From contig JBEKKU010000001.1 of the NCBI GenBank assembly GCA_050010575.1, positions 1 to 57,490 on the forward strand: a stretch of 57,490 bases of DNA, in the 5' to 3' direction. The position numbers and the translations under genes were made by a program. Below, in pieces: positions 18,054 through 27,270 of the stretch. This DNA is from Thermacetogeniaceae bacterium (lineage in GTDB: Bacteria; Bacillota; DSM-12270; Thermacetogeniales; Thermacetogeniaceae). The stretch's first letter is position 1. Each line of letters begins with the position of its first letter. The notes under the pieces were generated by a model. That model made no database searches and had not been told where the DNA came from. It saw nothing but the letters and a program-made list of their open reading frames with translations.

Positions 18054-18926
18054 CTACGCCTCAGCTTTATCCTTGGCGGCAATAAGCAAATTGTAGATGA
18101 GCATGATGATCCGGACCGGGCCCAATCCACCCGGTACTGGGGTGATCGCTCCGGCTACCTCCACGGCGCTATCGTAGTCCACATCTCCGACCGACTTGCC
18201 GTCCACCCAGTTGGAACCAGTATCGATGACGATAGCTCCTGGCTTCAGCATGTCGCCGGTGATCGCCCGCGGCCTGGCGACCTCGGTGACCACGATGTCG
18301 GCCTGCCTGGTGTAGGGGGCAAAATCTTCAGCAGGGTTGACCAGGGTCACGATGGCGCCCTTCTCGAAGAGCATCAAGGTAATCGGCTTGCCGACCTCGA
18401 TGCCGAAGCCGACGACCACCGCGTGCTTGCCCTTGAAATCGATCCCCTGCTTTTCCAGGATCTTGATGCAGGCATTGGCGGTAACTCCCCAGTAGCACTT
18501 GTTGCCGATCAGCAGATTGCCGAGATTGACCGGGTGCAGGGCATCGATATCCTTCACCGGCAGGATGGCGTCCAGGACCTGGTTCTCATACTGGTGCAGG
18601 TGGTGTGGCAGGGGAAGCTGCACCAGGATCCCGTGCACGCTGTCGTCCCGGTTCAGCTTATCGATCAGGGCCAGCAACTGCTCGATGGCGGTATCCTCGG
18701 GAAGGTGGTGGGTCTCCGCAAAAGCGCCCACGCTCTCACAGGCCTTGGCCTTGGTGCGGACATACAGGGCGGAGTCCTGGGCGTCTCCGACCAGGATCAG
18801 GGACATGCTGGGGGTGATCCCCTTCTGCTTGAGATCCGCGGTCTCCTGGGTCAACTGCTGCCTGATCTCCTCGGCGATCTCTTTTCCCACAATACGTACT
18901 GCTGCCACTCGGATAACCCTCCTCAT
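18054..18926 (-). CDS. folD: FolD paralog 1 (methylene-THF dehydrogenase/methenyl-THF cyclohydrolase family)
   Basis: 290 aa with YVRTKAKA, GILVQLPLP, DIDALHP and PVPGGLGP. The dinucleotide-binding motifs are atypical (GFGIEVGKP, TLVNPAE). Confidence 0.88.
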   Translation of the reverse strand: MRRVIRVAAVRIVGKEIAEEIRQQLTQETADLKQKGITPSMSLILVGDAQDSALYVRTKAKACESVGAFAETHHLPEDTAIEQLLALIDKLNRDDSVHGILVQLPLPHHLHQYENQVLDAILPVKDIDALHPVNLGNLLIGNKCYWGVTANACIKILEKQGIDFKGKHAVVVGFGIEVGKPITLMLFEKGAIVTLVNPAEDFAPYTRQADIVVTEVARPRAITGDMLKPGAIVIDTGSNWVDGKSVGDVDYDSAVEVAGAITPVPGGLGPVRIIMLIYNLLIAAKDKAEA

Positions 18927-18999
18927 ATTTTTGCTTGATAAGGAAAGGAGAACTGGAGCCCATGCAGCATCCAGTTCTCCGATGTAGACGACTACCGAT

Positions 19000-19869
19000 C
19001 TATTCCTTTTTCTCGAGCTGCCACTTAGCTGCTTCCACCGTGTTCTTCATCAGAATAGCGGTGGTGGCAGTGCCGGCGCCGCCCGGTACCGGGGTGATCC
19101 AGGCTGCCTTCTCAGCAGCGATCTCGGTCTCCACATCACCGACGATCTTCCCGTCCTTGGTAGCGTTGATGCCGACATCGACGACGATGGCGCCTTCTTT
19201 GATCCAATCACCCTTGATCAGGTGAGGCACGCCCACGGCCACAACCAGGATCTCCGCCCTTCTGACGTGAGACTCGGACAGGCCGCGCTGGCCGGTGGCG
19301 ATATGACTGATGGTAACCGTGCCGAAGGCATTCAGGAACAGCAGCCCTGCCGGCTTGCCCACGATGTCGCTGTGGCCGACAATCACTACCTCCTTGCCGT
19401 AGATGTCCACTCCGGTGGATTTTACCAGCTCGAAGGCGCCCAGGGCGGTGCAGGGAACCAGGCGGGGCTTGCCGAAGGTGACCAGGCCCATGTTGGTCGG
19501 GGTCATGCCCTCGACGTCTTTCTCGTAGGCGATGCTCCACTGGCAGACCTTGGCGTCGATCTGAGCCGGCAGCGGCGTCTGCAGAATGATGCCGGTGACG
19601 TTCGGGTCGGCGTTAAGGCCAGCTAGGTGTTTCAGCAGCTGATCCTGGGTCAGGTCCGCAGGCAGTTCCTGAAGTTCATACTTGATGCCGACGGCATCAG
19701 CAACCTTGCGCTGGGCGTTGGTGTATACACGCGAGGCATCGTTCTGCCCCACTTGAACGGCGACCAGGCTCGGTGAGACTCCTTTAGCCTTTAAGGCTTC
19801 AACTTCAGCAGATACTTCAGCCTTAATTTTTTCCGCCAGCGGTTTTCCTAACAATAATTGTGCAGCCAT
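19000..19869 (-). CDS. folD: FolD paralog 2 (methylene-THF dehydrogenase family, catalytic Lys replaced)
   Basis: 289 aa with canonical Rossmann motifs GHSDIVGKP, VAVGVP, DVGIN and PVPGGAGT. It reads YTNAQRK where FolD has YxxxK, and VEGM where FolD has VDGF. Confidence 0.88.
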   Translation of the reverse strand: MAAQLLLGKPLAEKIKAEVSAEVEALKAKGVSPSLVAVQVGQNDASRVYTNAQRKVADAVGIKYELQELPADLTQDQLLKHLAGLNADPNVTGIILQTPLPAQIDAKVCQWSIAYEKDVEGMTPTNMGLVTFGKPRLVPCTALGAFELVKSTGVDIYGKEVVIVGHSDIVGKPAGLLFLNAFGTVTISHIATGQRGLSESHVRRAEILVVAVGVPHLIKGDWIKEGAIVVDVGINATKDGKIVGDVETEIAAEKAAWITPVPGGAGTATTAILMKNTVEAAKWQLEKKE

Positions 19870-20161
19870 TGCTTTTCCTCCCTAGATATATTTTCTTTAA
19901 GCTCAGTAAACACAAAAAGACCTGCCCACACCTCCTCCATCAGCACGAACTTCCCCATTCACCTTAGAAGCTCCGGAAATCATCATCCAAACAAAGCCGG
20001 CAGCTTCATGAAAAGACCGACTGTTATTAGAATAACCTGAAAGTATATCAGCTATTGACATGATCTATTCGTAAATAGAGCTCAAATTCCTGCCTGAACG
20101 CCAAAAACTTTCGTATTTTCATAAAACACCATCGGCAATAATTTGTGCAGTCAAAGAAGAC

Positions 20162-20186
20162 AAAAAAACTGGCTGTGATCAGCCAG
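20162..20186 (-). terminator. rho-independent terminator overlapping the nusB stop codon
   Basis: The minus strand reads CTGGCTG-ATCA-CAGCCAG followed by TTTTTTT. The nusB TGA lies in the stem/loop. Confidence 0.8.
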
Positions 20187-20592
20187 ATTCTACAGTGACT
20201 TCCTTAGCAATGCGGCCAAGAATTCCGTTGATGAAACGTGGGGCATCTTGGTGACTGAAAGTTTTAGCCAGTTCGAGGGCCTCGTCGATGGCCACGTTGA
20301 CCGGTGTGGCGGGGTAATACAGCATCTCAAACAGGCTCATCCTCAAGATGTTGCGATCCACGTTGGCCATTCTGGGCAGATCCCAGTCGGTGGCGTAGTG
20401 GATCAGGTAATCGTCGATCTGCTGTTGGTGCTTCAGGGTTCCCTCTACCAGGGTACGGGAATAATCTGCCGTTTCACCGGTGACCTGGCGCTCTTTCAGC
20501 ATATAGGCCAGGGCTCCTTCCGGCTGGGCCTTGCCCACATCGATCTGGAACAGAACCTGCAAAGCTAACTCACGGGCCCGCCGCCTACCCAA
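20179..20592 (-). CDS. nusB: transcription antitermination factor NusB
   Basis: 137 aa; RRRARELALQVLFQ N-terminus and overall NusB-like sequence. Confidence 0.94.
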   Translation of the reverse strand: MGRRRARELALQVLFQIDVGKAQPEGALAYMLKERQVTGETADYSRTLVEGTLKHQQQIDDYLIHYATDWDLPRMANVDRNILRMSLFEMLYYPATPVNVAIDEALELAKTFSHQDAPRFINGILGRIAKEVTVESG

Positions 20593-20625
20593 AAATAACC
20601 CTCCCTGGTCCCACTGCTTCAGGTC

Positions 20626-20859
20626 TCAGCGTTCCCCAAACAGACGCCTCCATAAAGCGTCCAGGCCGCTCCCGTCATCAAAACCCTTGCCGACAAAATA
20701 ACCGATCAGGATGCAGATAATGATAAAGACCGTCTTCCAGAAACCGAAGATAATGATCAGTAAACCCGCCAGCAGACCGAGGATGATACCGATCACTTTT
20801 CCCCGGTGGCTATCCATCAAATCCAGAAAGACCTCATAAAAAGACCGGCCACCCCACAT
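20626..20859 (-). CDS. DUF2273 small integral membrane protein
   Basis: 77 aa with two TM segments. It sits in the usual asp23-amaP-DUF2273 trio upstream of nusB. Confidence 0.75.
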   Translation of the reverse strand: MWGGRSFYEVFLDLMDSHRGKVIGIILGLLAGLLIIIFGFWKTVFIIICILIGYFVGKGFDDGSGLDALWRRLFGER

Positions 20860-20889
20860 GTAAATCTCCTTCTTTCTGGCGTCAACCCG

Positions 20890-21429
20890 CTACTCAGCCC
20901 TGGCACGGGATTCAAAGGAGACGCTGGTAACCAACACCTGCACCTGCAGCACGTGAATACCCGCCTTTTCTTCCAGGTAGTTCTTAACCGCTTCTTGAAC
21001 CTCCTGGGAAATCACTGGGATGTTGGCATCCGGACTGACATTCAGGTGCAGGACTACAACCACGCCGTCTTTTACGTGATGCAGCACCGGCCTGATCTCC
21101 CGGATCTCCCGCACCTGGCGGGAAGCCCTGCGAATCAGGTCTTCCAGGGCCGGCACGGAGATATCCACCCGCCCCAGGCTGGTATCCTGAATCATCAGTT
21201 CACGGTACTGACCTGCACCCCGGCTGGCAACCACAATCAGGTATAGAGCCAGCAAGATCACCAGGCCGCTGACGATACCGATGATCCAGCGATTATCCGA
21301 GATGGACAGGATCGATTGCAGATAGTCCTGGGGAATAACCCATCCCAGGGCCAGTGCCAACACGATGCCCGCAAAAATGATCGTTAAAATGGCAAATATC
21401 GTTGACAGAAAACGGTGGGCTGGCTGCAT
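20890..21429 (-). CDS. amaP: alkaline shock response membrane anchor protein AmaP
   Basis: N-terminal TM pair followed by an Asp23-like fold. Start set at ATG 21429 (MQPAHRFLSTIFAIL...), downstream of the asp23 stop. Confidence 0.75.
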   Translation of the reverse strand: MQPAHRFLSTIFAILTIIFAGIVLALALGWVIPQDYLQSILSISDNRWIIGIVSGLVILLALYLIVVASRGAGQYRELMIQDTSLGRVDISVPALEDLIRRASRQVREIREIRPVLHHVKDGVVVVLHLNVSPDANIPVISQEVQEAVKNYLEEKAGIHVLQVQVLVTSVSFESRARAE

Positions 21430-21460
21430 CAGTACGAGCCTCTCCTTCCTTAGCGTAAAA

Positions 21461-21859
21461 CTATCTGACTCGCTGCTGCTCCTCCTGCCCCTCGGCAAAG
21501 GAGACGCCCTGTACATGAACGTTGACCTCAATAACCGCCAGGCCAGTCATACTCTCGATCGCCTGCTTGACATTCTCCTGGACGCGCAACGCCACATCCG
21601 GGATACGCACGCCAAAGTCCACGATGATAAAAAGGTCTACCGCGGCCTCGCGCTCTCCGACCTCCACCTTGACACCCCTGGCCAGGTTGCGCCGGCCCAA
21701 CATTTCGGCGATGCCTCCGGCCACACCACCACTCATACCGGTAATCCCGTCGATCTCCGTAGCTGCCAGTCCGGCAATAACCGCCACCACATCGTTGGCA
21801 ATGCGAATTGCCCCCAGAGAGGTACGGCTTGTCTCCTCGATCATATTGCCTTCAACCAT
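21461..21859 (-). CDS. Asp23/Gls24 family envelope stress protein
   Basis: IANDVVAVIAGLAATEIDGITGM...VEVGEREAAVDLFIIV is typical of Asp23. The ATG at 21859 follows GGGGGGTGG; the longer ORF-track start would overlap accC. Confidence 0.85.
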   Translation of the reverse strand: MVEGNMIEETSRTSLGAIRIANDVVAVIAGLAATEIDGITGMSGGVAGGIAEMLGRRNLARGVKVEVGEREAAVDLFIIVDFGVRIPDVALRVQENVKQAIESMTGLAVIEVNVHVQGVSFAEGQEEQQRVR

Positions 21860-21947
21860 GCTGCGCCACCCCCCGATCTGTTCGGTATACAAATTATTTC
21901 CACTACCAGCATCATTATACCAGACAAAAATGGAATTGCAAGGCAGA

Positions 21948-23294
21948 TCACCGGTCTGACAGGCGCTGTTGTATAAAATTGGTATAGGTCTCGCCGCGCT
22001 GAAAATATTCATCGCTCATGATGCGCTGTAGGAAGGGAATGGTAGTGACCACCCCGGTGATCCGGAATTCGCCCAGGGCACGCTGCATGCGCCTGATCGC
22101 CTCCTGGCGGTCGTTTCCCCAGGTGATCAGCTTGGCGATCAACGAATCGTAATAGTGAGGAATGTTGTAGCCGACATAGATGCCGCTGTCAACCCGTACC
22201 CCGAATCCGCCCGGGGGCAGATAATCGGTCACCCGGCTCGGGCAGGGACGGAAGTCGTGGGCCGGGTCCTCGGCATTGATGCGGCATTCGATTGCCGCTC
22301 CCCGCAGCCCGATTCCCTCCTGGCGGTAGGGCAGCGGAGCCCCTGCAGCCACTTCGATCATGGCTGCCACCAGGTCAATTCCGGTCACCCACTCGGTGAC
22401 CGGATGCTCCACCTGGATCCTGGTGTTCATTTCAATGAAGTAGTAGTGGCCAGACTTGTCCAACATAAATTCCACGGTCCCGGCACCAGCATAATGCACA
22501 GACTGGGCAGCCCGAACTGCAGTCTCACCCATATGCTGCCGGAGTTTTTCGGTCAGCACCGGGCAGGGAGTCTCCTCAACCAGTTTCTGGTGCCTCCGCT
22601 GAATAGAACAGTCTCTTTCCCCCAGGTAGACCGCCTGGCCGTGTTGATCCGCCAGCACCTGAATCTCCACGTGCCGGGGCTCCTCCAGATACTTCTCCAG
22701 GTAGATGCCGCCATCACCGAAGGCGGCCGCGGCTTCGGTGCGGGCGGCAACCACGGCCTTCTCCAACTCGGCCTGGCCGTTGGCGATCCGCATCCCCCGG
22801 CCCCCACCGCCGGCTGAGGCCTTGACGATCACCGGATAACCGATGTCGCCGGCAATGTCAGCGATCTTGCTATCCTTGGTCAGCAGTCCCGGAGATCCCG
22901 GCACCACGGGCACGCCGGCAGCAGCCATCAGCTCCCGGGCACTGGCTTTGGCCCCCATCGACTCGATAGCAGAGGCAGGAGGGCCGATGAACCTGATCCC
23001 TGAAGTCTCGCAGATTTCAGCAAAATAGGGGTTCTCTGCCAGAAAACCATAACCCGGGTGGATCGCCTCAGCCCCCCTGCTGACCGCAGCACTGATGATG
23101 TTGGGGATGTTCAGATAACTGCGGGACGGTTGCGGCGCACCGATGCACACCGCCTCATCCGCCATCTGCACATGGAGAGCATCACGGTCCGCCTCCGAAT
23201 AGACGGCGACGGTCCGGATATTCATCTCCCGGCAGCTACGAATAATCCGCACGGCAATCTCGCCGCGGTTGGCTACAAGGATTTTTTTGAACAC
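21948..23294 (-). CDS. accC: biotin carboxylase (AccC / pyruvate carboxylase subunit A type)
   Basis: 448 aa, beginning MFKKILVANRGEIAVRIIR, with an ATP-grasp domain and full-length biotin carboxylase similarity. Confidence 0.95.
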   Translation of the reverse strand: MFKKILVANRGEIAVRIIRSCREMNIRTVAVYSEADRDALHVQMADEAVCIGAPQPSRSYLNIPNIISAAVSRGAEAIHPGYGFLAENPYFAEICETSGIRFIGPPASAIESMGAKASARELMAAAGVPVVPGSPGLLTKDSKIADIAGDIGYPVIVKASAGGGGRGMRIANGQAELEKAVVAARTEAAAAFGDGGIYLEKYLEEPRHVEIQVLADQHGQAVYLGERDCSIQRRHQKLVEETPCPVLTEKLRQHMGETAVRAAQSVHYAGAGTVEFMLDKSGHYYFIEMNTRIQVEHPVTEWVTGIDLVAAMIEVAAGAPLPYRQEGIGLRGAAIECRINAEDPAHDFRPCPSRVTDYLPPGGFGVRVDSGIYVGYNIPHYYDSLIAKLITWGNDRQEAIRRMQRALGEFRITGVVTTIPFLQRIMSDEYFQRGETYTNFIQQRLSDR

Positions 23295-23369
23295 TGATCA
23301 ACCTCCTAAGAAATGAATACCGCATGCTGGTCAGACATGCGGCCGGAATGAACTCCGTTGACGGCATAA

Positions 23370-25337
23370 CTAGGCCTCTGGCGCGATCAGGAACAGGACT
23401 TGCCCGTACTCCACCGGTTGGCCGTTCTCCACCAGGATCTTGACAATCTCACCCCGGCCCTCAGCCTCGATCTCGTTCATCAGCTTCATGGCTTCGATAA
23501 TACAGAGGGCCTGTCCTTCCTTCACCCTGCTGCCCACCTCGACAAAAGGTGGGGCATCAGGGGCCGGCGCCTGGTAGAAGGTGCCCACCATGGGCGCCAC
23601 CACCTCCACGAGGTTGGCCGTGTTTCCGGCCGTGGCAACATCCAAGCGATCGGAGACTGCCAGACCGGTCTCACCGGCATCAGTTTCCACCGTACCAGGC
23701 TTGGACTTGCCTGCGGTTTTAAACGGAGATTCCTCTCCGGCGGCGCCCTTCTTGATCTTCACCTTCATCTCGGCTGTCTCTATCTGCAGTTCGTTGACTT
23801 CGCTCTCGCTGATCAGCCTGATGAACTCTTTCACGTCTTCGAGGTTCATCTCTCCGTCCTCCCTGGATGCCTTAGAGGGATGGACTTTTGGCATCCTTAT
23901 CGCTACGGCGCCGACTGTCGCCTGTTTAGTGGCCGGCTTTGGCAGCAGTTTCGGCGGCTTTTCCTCTTCCTGCAAGCCTTCTAGCAGTGCCTGCCCCTCG
24001 CCATCCCGCGCCTTCTTCCGATGCTCGAAGAACTTTCTGGCCGTCGGCGGGAACATAGCATAGGTGATATAATCCTCTTCAGATTCCGCCAGATCGCCGA
24101 TCTCCTCTTTCGTTCTGTCAAACCTGTTCTCCAACAGGTCGGCCGGCCGGCAGGTGATCGGAACCTCGTCTCCGATGATCAGGCGCTGAATGGCCTGATC
24201 GATCGGGGCGGGCGGCTGTCCGTAATAACCCCGGACATAGGCCTTGACCTCCTGGGGCACTATCTTATAACGCTCGCCTAGCAACACGTTCCATACAGAC
24301 TGGCCTCCCACCACCTGGCTGGTCGGTGTGACCAGCGGGGGATAGCCAAGTTCGGCGCGCACCCGGGGGACCTCCTCTAGAACATCCTGCATCCGGTGCA
24401 GGGCTTTTTGCTCCTCTAGTTGGCTAACCAGGTTGGTGATCATCCCCCCCGGCACCTGGTGGTCGAAAACCTGCATGGCGCTGAGCCGGGTGACGCCGCG
24501 CTCATAGCCGCGCCGGCGCCGGACATCCTCCCAGTAGTTGGCGATCTCGAACAGATGGTGCAGATCCAGGCCGGTATCGTGCTCGGTGCCCTGCAACGCC
24601 CGGACCAGGGTCTCCACCGGAGGCTGGGATGAGCCGAAGGCCAGGGGCCCGGAACAGGCATCAAAGATATCCACCCCCGCCTCCACCGCCTTCAGGCAGG
24701 CGCCGATAGCCATGCCGCCGATGTAGTGGGTGTGCAGATGGATAGGCACATCGAGTTTTTCCTTGAACAGTGATACCAGCTCATACGAAACATAGGGAGA
24801 GATCATCCCGGCCATGTCCTTGATGCATATGGAATCCGCCCCCAGGTCCTGCAGCCTCAGGGCGTTCTCCAGGTAGCGTTCATTGGTGTGCACCGGGCTC
24901 AGGGTATAGACCACGCTGGCCTGAGCGTGCATTCCCGTCTTCTTGACCGCTTTCATCGGCATTTCCAGGTTGCGGGTGTCGTTCAAGGCATCGAAGATCC
25001 TGAAGACATCGATACCACACTCGGCTGATTTATCCACAAAAGCATGGACAACGTCATCGGCGTAGTTGGTGTAGCCGACCACATTCTGGCCACGGAGCAA
25101 CATCTGCAGGGGCGTGTTCTTGACGTGGGACTTGATTACCCTGATCCGCTCCCAGGGGTCCTCATTCAGGTAGCGGATACAGACATCGAAGGTGGCCCCG
25201 CCCCACATCTCCAGGGACCAGTAACCCACCTTGTCAAGCTCTTCCAGAATTGGTACCATATCCTCGGTGCGCATCCGCGTGGCCCATAGGCTCTGGTGCG
25301 CATCACGCAGCGTCGTATCGGTGATTCTTGGCCTCAC
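23370..25337 (-). CDS. carboxyltransferase (PycB/OadA-alpha/5S type) fused in frame to a complete AccB-type biotin carboxyl carrier protein
   Basis: 655 aa. The N-terminal ~470 aa are HMGL-like/PYC_OADA ([26 protein letters not shown]). The last 159 aa (from [18 protein letters not shown]...) look like a whole AccB, including [18 protein letters not shown] start after GAGGAGGAG. Confidence 0.9.
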   Translation of the reverse strand: MRPRITDTTLRDAHQSLWATRMRTEDMVPILEELDKVGYWSLEMWGGATFDVCIRYLNEDPWERIRVIKSHVKNTPLQMLLRGQNVVGYTNYADDVVHAFVDKSAECGIDVFRIFDALNDTRNLEMPMKAVKKTGMHAQASVVYTLSPVHTNERYLENALRLQDLGADSICIKDMAGMISPYVSYELVSLFKEKLDVPIHLHTHYIGGMAIGACLKAVEAGVDIFDACSGPLAFGSSQPPVETLVRALQGTEHDTGLDLHHLFEIANYWEDVRRRRGYERGVTRLSAMQVFDHQVPGGMITNLVSQLEEQKALHRMQDVLEEVPRVRAELGYPPLVTPTSQVVGGQSVWNVLLGERYKIVPQEVKAYVRGYYGQPPAPIDQAIQRLIIGDEVPITCRPADLLENRFDRTKEEIGDLAESEEDYITYAMFPPTARKFFEHRKKARDGEGQALLEGLQEEEKPPKLLPKPATKQATVGAVAIRMPKVHPSKASREDGEMNLEDVKEFIRLISESEVNELQIETAEMKVKIKKGAAGEESPFKTAGKSKPGTVETDAGETGLAVSDRLDVATAGNTANLVEVVAPMVGTFYQAPAPDAPPFVEVGSRVKEGQALCIIEAMKLMNEIEAEGRGEIVKILVENGQPVEYGQVLFLIAPEA

Positions 25338-25393
25338 TACCGGCTCCTCCTCGCATCACCAGGAAACCGTGCCCTCGGCACAAGTTATTGTCA

Positions 25394-25422
25394 ATTGTAT
25401 CCTAGAACAGCGGACTTTGCAA
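25394..25422 (-). promoter_or_regulatory. sigma-A-type promoter upstream of the carboxyltransferase-accC pair
   Basis: The minus strand reads TTGCAA-N17-TACAAT, 57-85 nt upstream of the GTG start. Confidence 0.4.
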
Positions 25423-25454
25423 CCAGCAGTATCCAAGTATACAGTATCCTACAA

Positions 25455-26018
25455 TCAGGGCTTGGGGATGACAAAAACGTTGGCGGCAACAAGGTCGGTC
25501 GCCTTGACTACCAGCGTCTTGATCTGTTCCATGGCGGCAGGGGTCACCGATGGCGTCTGGACTACGACTGTGGCCGAACCGGGCAGGATCATCACCGCGG
25601 CATCCTGGTAACCCCTGGCCATCACCAGTTTCTCCAGTTCGGTCTCCCTGGACATGTTTTCGGCCAGTTGCATCAGCGACCGCTGGGCGCTGTCCCGGAC
25701 CTCCTTGCTGGATTCGGACTGGCTGGCAATCTCCTTGAGGGTCTCCATCTGCTGGCTGCGTATCCGGTCGCGGGCCAGGCGGCAATCCACGAAGAACGCC
25801 TGTCCGGTCACATCCGGCAAGACCGGCGATGTCGGCAACAGATTAGGCTGCTGCTCCTCTTTTGCCGGCCGGTCGCTCGTCGGTGCAGCTGTAGCCGTTT
25901 TTCTGGGGGTAGAGTTGAAGTTGGCGATCAGGGAATACCCGGCCAGCAGTATGAAGAGAAGGAATAGCAAGCTAAACAGGGCCGACCTCTTGTTGACATA
26001 CATCACTCTCATGTTCAT
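25455..26018 (-). CDS. spoIIIAH: stage III sporulation protein AH
   Basis: 187 aa with N-terminal TM and a YscJ/FliF-like C-terminal domain. It is the last gene of the spoIIIA operon and overlaps AG as ATGA. Confidence 0.88.
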   Translation of the reverse strand: MNMRVMYVNKRSALFSLLFLLFILLAGYSLIANFNSTPRKTATAAPTSDRPAKEEQQPNLLPTSPVLPDVTGQAFFVDCRLARDRIRSQQMETLKEIASQSESSKEVRDSAQRSLMQLAENMSRETELEKLVMARGYQDAAVMILPGSATVVVQTPSVTPAAMEQIKTLVVKATDLVAANVFVIPKP

Positions 26019-26641
26019 CGCCTTCCTTTCGGCAACACCATCACCCGGTATGAGGGAACGTCCAGCACTGTCTGGACCGCCTGAATAAGCCGCTCGCGCA
26101 GGTCCGGGTTGCTGGCCCCCTCGGCCAGCACCAACACCCCGGCGATCTCCGGATGCTTATCCTTGACCACCACCGGTTCATCCTTGCCGCCGTTCGCTGT
26201 CTGCAACAGCACCAGGTTGTCGGTCTCGTTAACCTCATTGGTGGTCCGGTTGCCGCCGTTCTGGTCCTTCTCCTGGATCGTCTGGTCCTGCTTGATGACG
26301 TTCTGCGCATAGACGTGCTCCGCACCGGCCTTGAGGGTTATCGTCACCTGGACACTCCCCGCCCCGTCCACCGCGCTGAGGATCCCCGCCAGCCGGCCCT
26401 CAAGTTCCTGCTCCACGGGAGTCAGGTCATCACTGGCCACCGGCTGGCTTTTCACGCTGGCCACCGGTTCGCTGGCCGTGGGGCTGCTGCGCTGACCAAA
26501 CCAGGGTCCCGAAATAACCAGCAGTAGCAAGCCTATCCCGAACACCAACAGCAATTGCCACATCCGCGGCCCCCTTAAAAAATGGTACCGCTTCGTCAGA
26601 TCGCTCCAGATATCCTCCAATTTTTCAGTCATGCCACACAC
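26015..26641 (-). CDS. spoIIIAG: stage III sporulation protein AG
   Basis: 208 aa with TM and a ring-forming domain (VQVTITL...IAGVLVLAEGA...VPSYRVMVLP). Confidence 0.88.
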   Translation of the reverse strand: MCGMTEKLEDIWSDLTKRYHFLRGPRMWQLLLVFGIGLLLLVISGPWFGQRSSPTASEPVASVKSQPVASDDLTPVEQELEGRLAGILSAVDGAGSVQVTITLKAGAEHVYAQNVIKQDQTIQEKDQNGGNRTTNEVNETDNLVLLQTANGGKDEPVVVKDKHPEIAGVLVLAEGASNPDLRERLIQAVQTVLDVPSYRVMVLPKGRR

Positions 26642-27250
26642 CTACCTCTGATTAACAAAATTAACCGTAACCTGCTCTTTCGGCAATCCAAATAGGCTGG
26701 ACACGGTCTCCTGCACCTGGGCGGCGATCCCCTGCTGATCAACCACAGGAGTCGATATAGTCGGGGAGCCCTGCCCGATCCGTACCGGCTCTACCGGGCG
26801 GGCCACTTGCTGTTCTCCGGTTTGCAGCGATACGGCCACCTTCTGAACAGTGCCCAGCGATTGCAGGGGCGATTCGGGAGTCAGCACCACGTCAGCCTTG
26901 GCCGACTTGACTCCCGGGACGAGCCGGCACATGACCTCGATCTGGTCTTCCAGGCGCTGGACATAGGCAGATTGTTCCTGCGCCGCGGTCACCTGCTGCA
27001 AGCCCTGCCCCTGCTCCAGGATCTTGGACAGGCCGGCGCCGTCCCCGGTAGTGGCGGGCAGGGCAAAGTGCAGGGGGGAGGGCTGCTTGAACAGGGTCAC
27101 GATCGGCCCCAGCACGGCCAGCATGACAAATAGGCCGATGATCACCTGGACGAAGCGGCGCGTTCCCTGCAGCGGCAGCAGCATCTCCAGGAAGGCCGCC
27201 AGCATCACCAGAAATACCAGGTTTCGCACCAGCAGGCGAATGGTTTCCAC
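26642..27250 (-). CDS. spoIIIAF: stage III sporulation protein AF
   Basis: 202 aa with two N-terminal TM segments; position and sequence are typical. Confidence 0.85.
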   Translation of the reverse strand: METIRLLVRNLVFLVMLAAFLEMLLPLQGTRRFVQVIIGLFVMLAVLGPIVTLFKQPSPLHFALPATTGDGAGLSKILEQGQGLQQVTAAQEQSAYVQRLEDQIEVMCRLVPGVKSAKADVVLTPESPLQSLGTVQKVAVSLQTGEQQVARPVEPVRIGQGSPTISTPVVDQQGIAAQVQETVSSLFGLPKEQVTVNFVNQR

Positions 27251-27270
27251 TCCAACTCACCCTCTCCAGA

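Noticed and set aside
19870-20161. A THF or ZTP riboswitch call for the folD leader.
   Set aside because: I could not locate the conserved cores (the ZTP pseudoknot CCGGGCGGA.../CCGCCTGGGCA type, or the THF three-way junction) by eye. Only a vague GTGAATGGGGA resemblance remains, so it is kept as a low-interest finding and not annotated.
21948-22012. The extended Asp23 ORF start (22012), giving a 183-aa protein.
   Set aside because: The extension overlaps the accC 3' end and has no Asp23-like sequence. The ATG at 21859, with a G-rich SD, gives the canonical ~130-aa protein.
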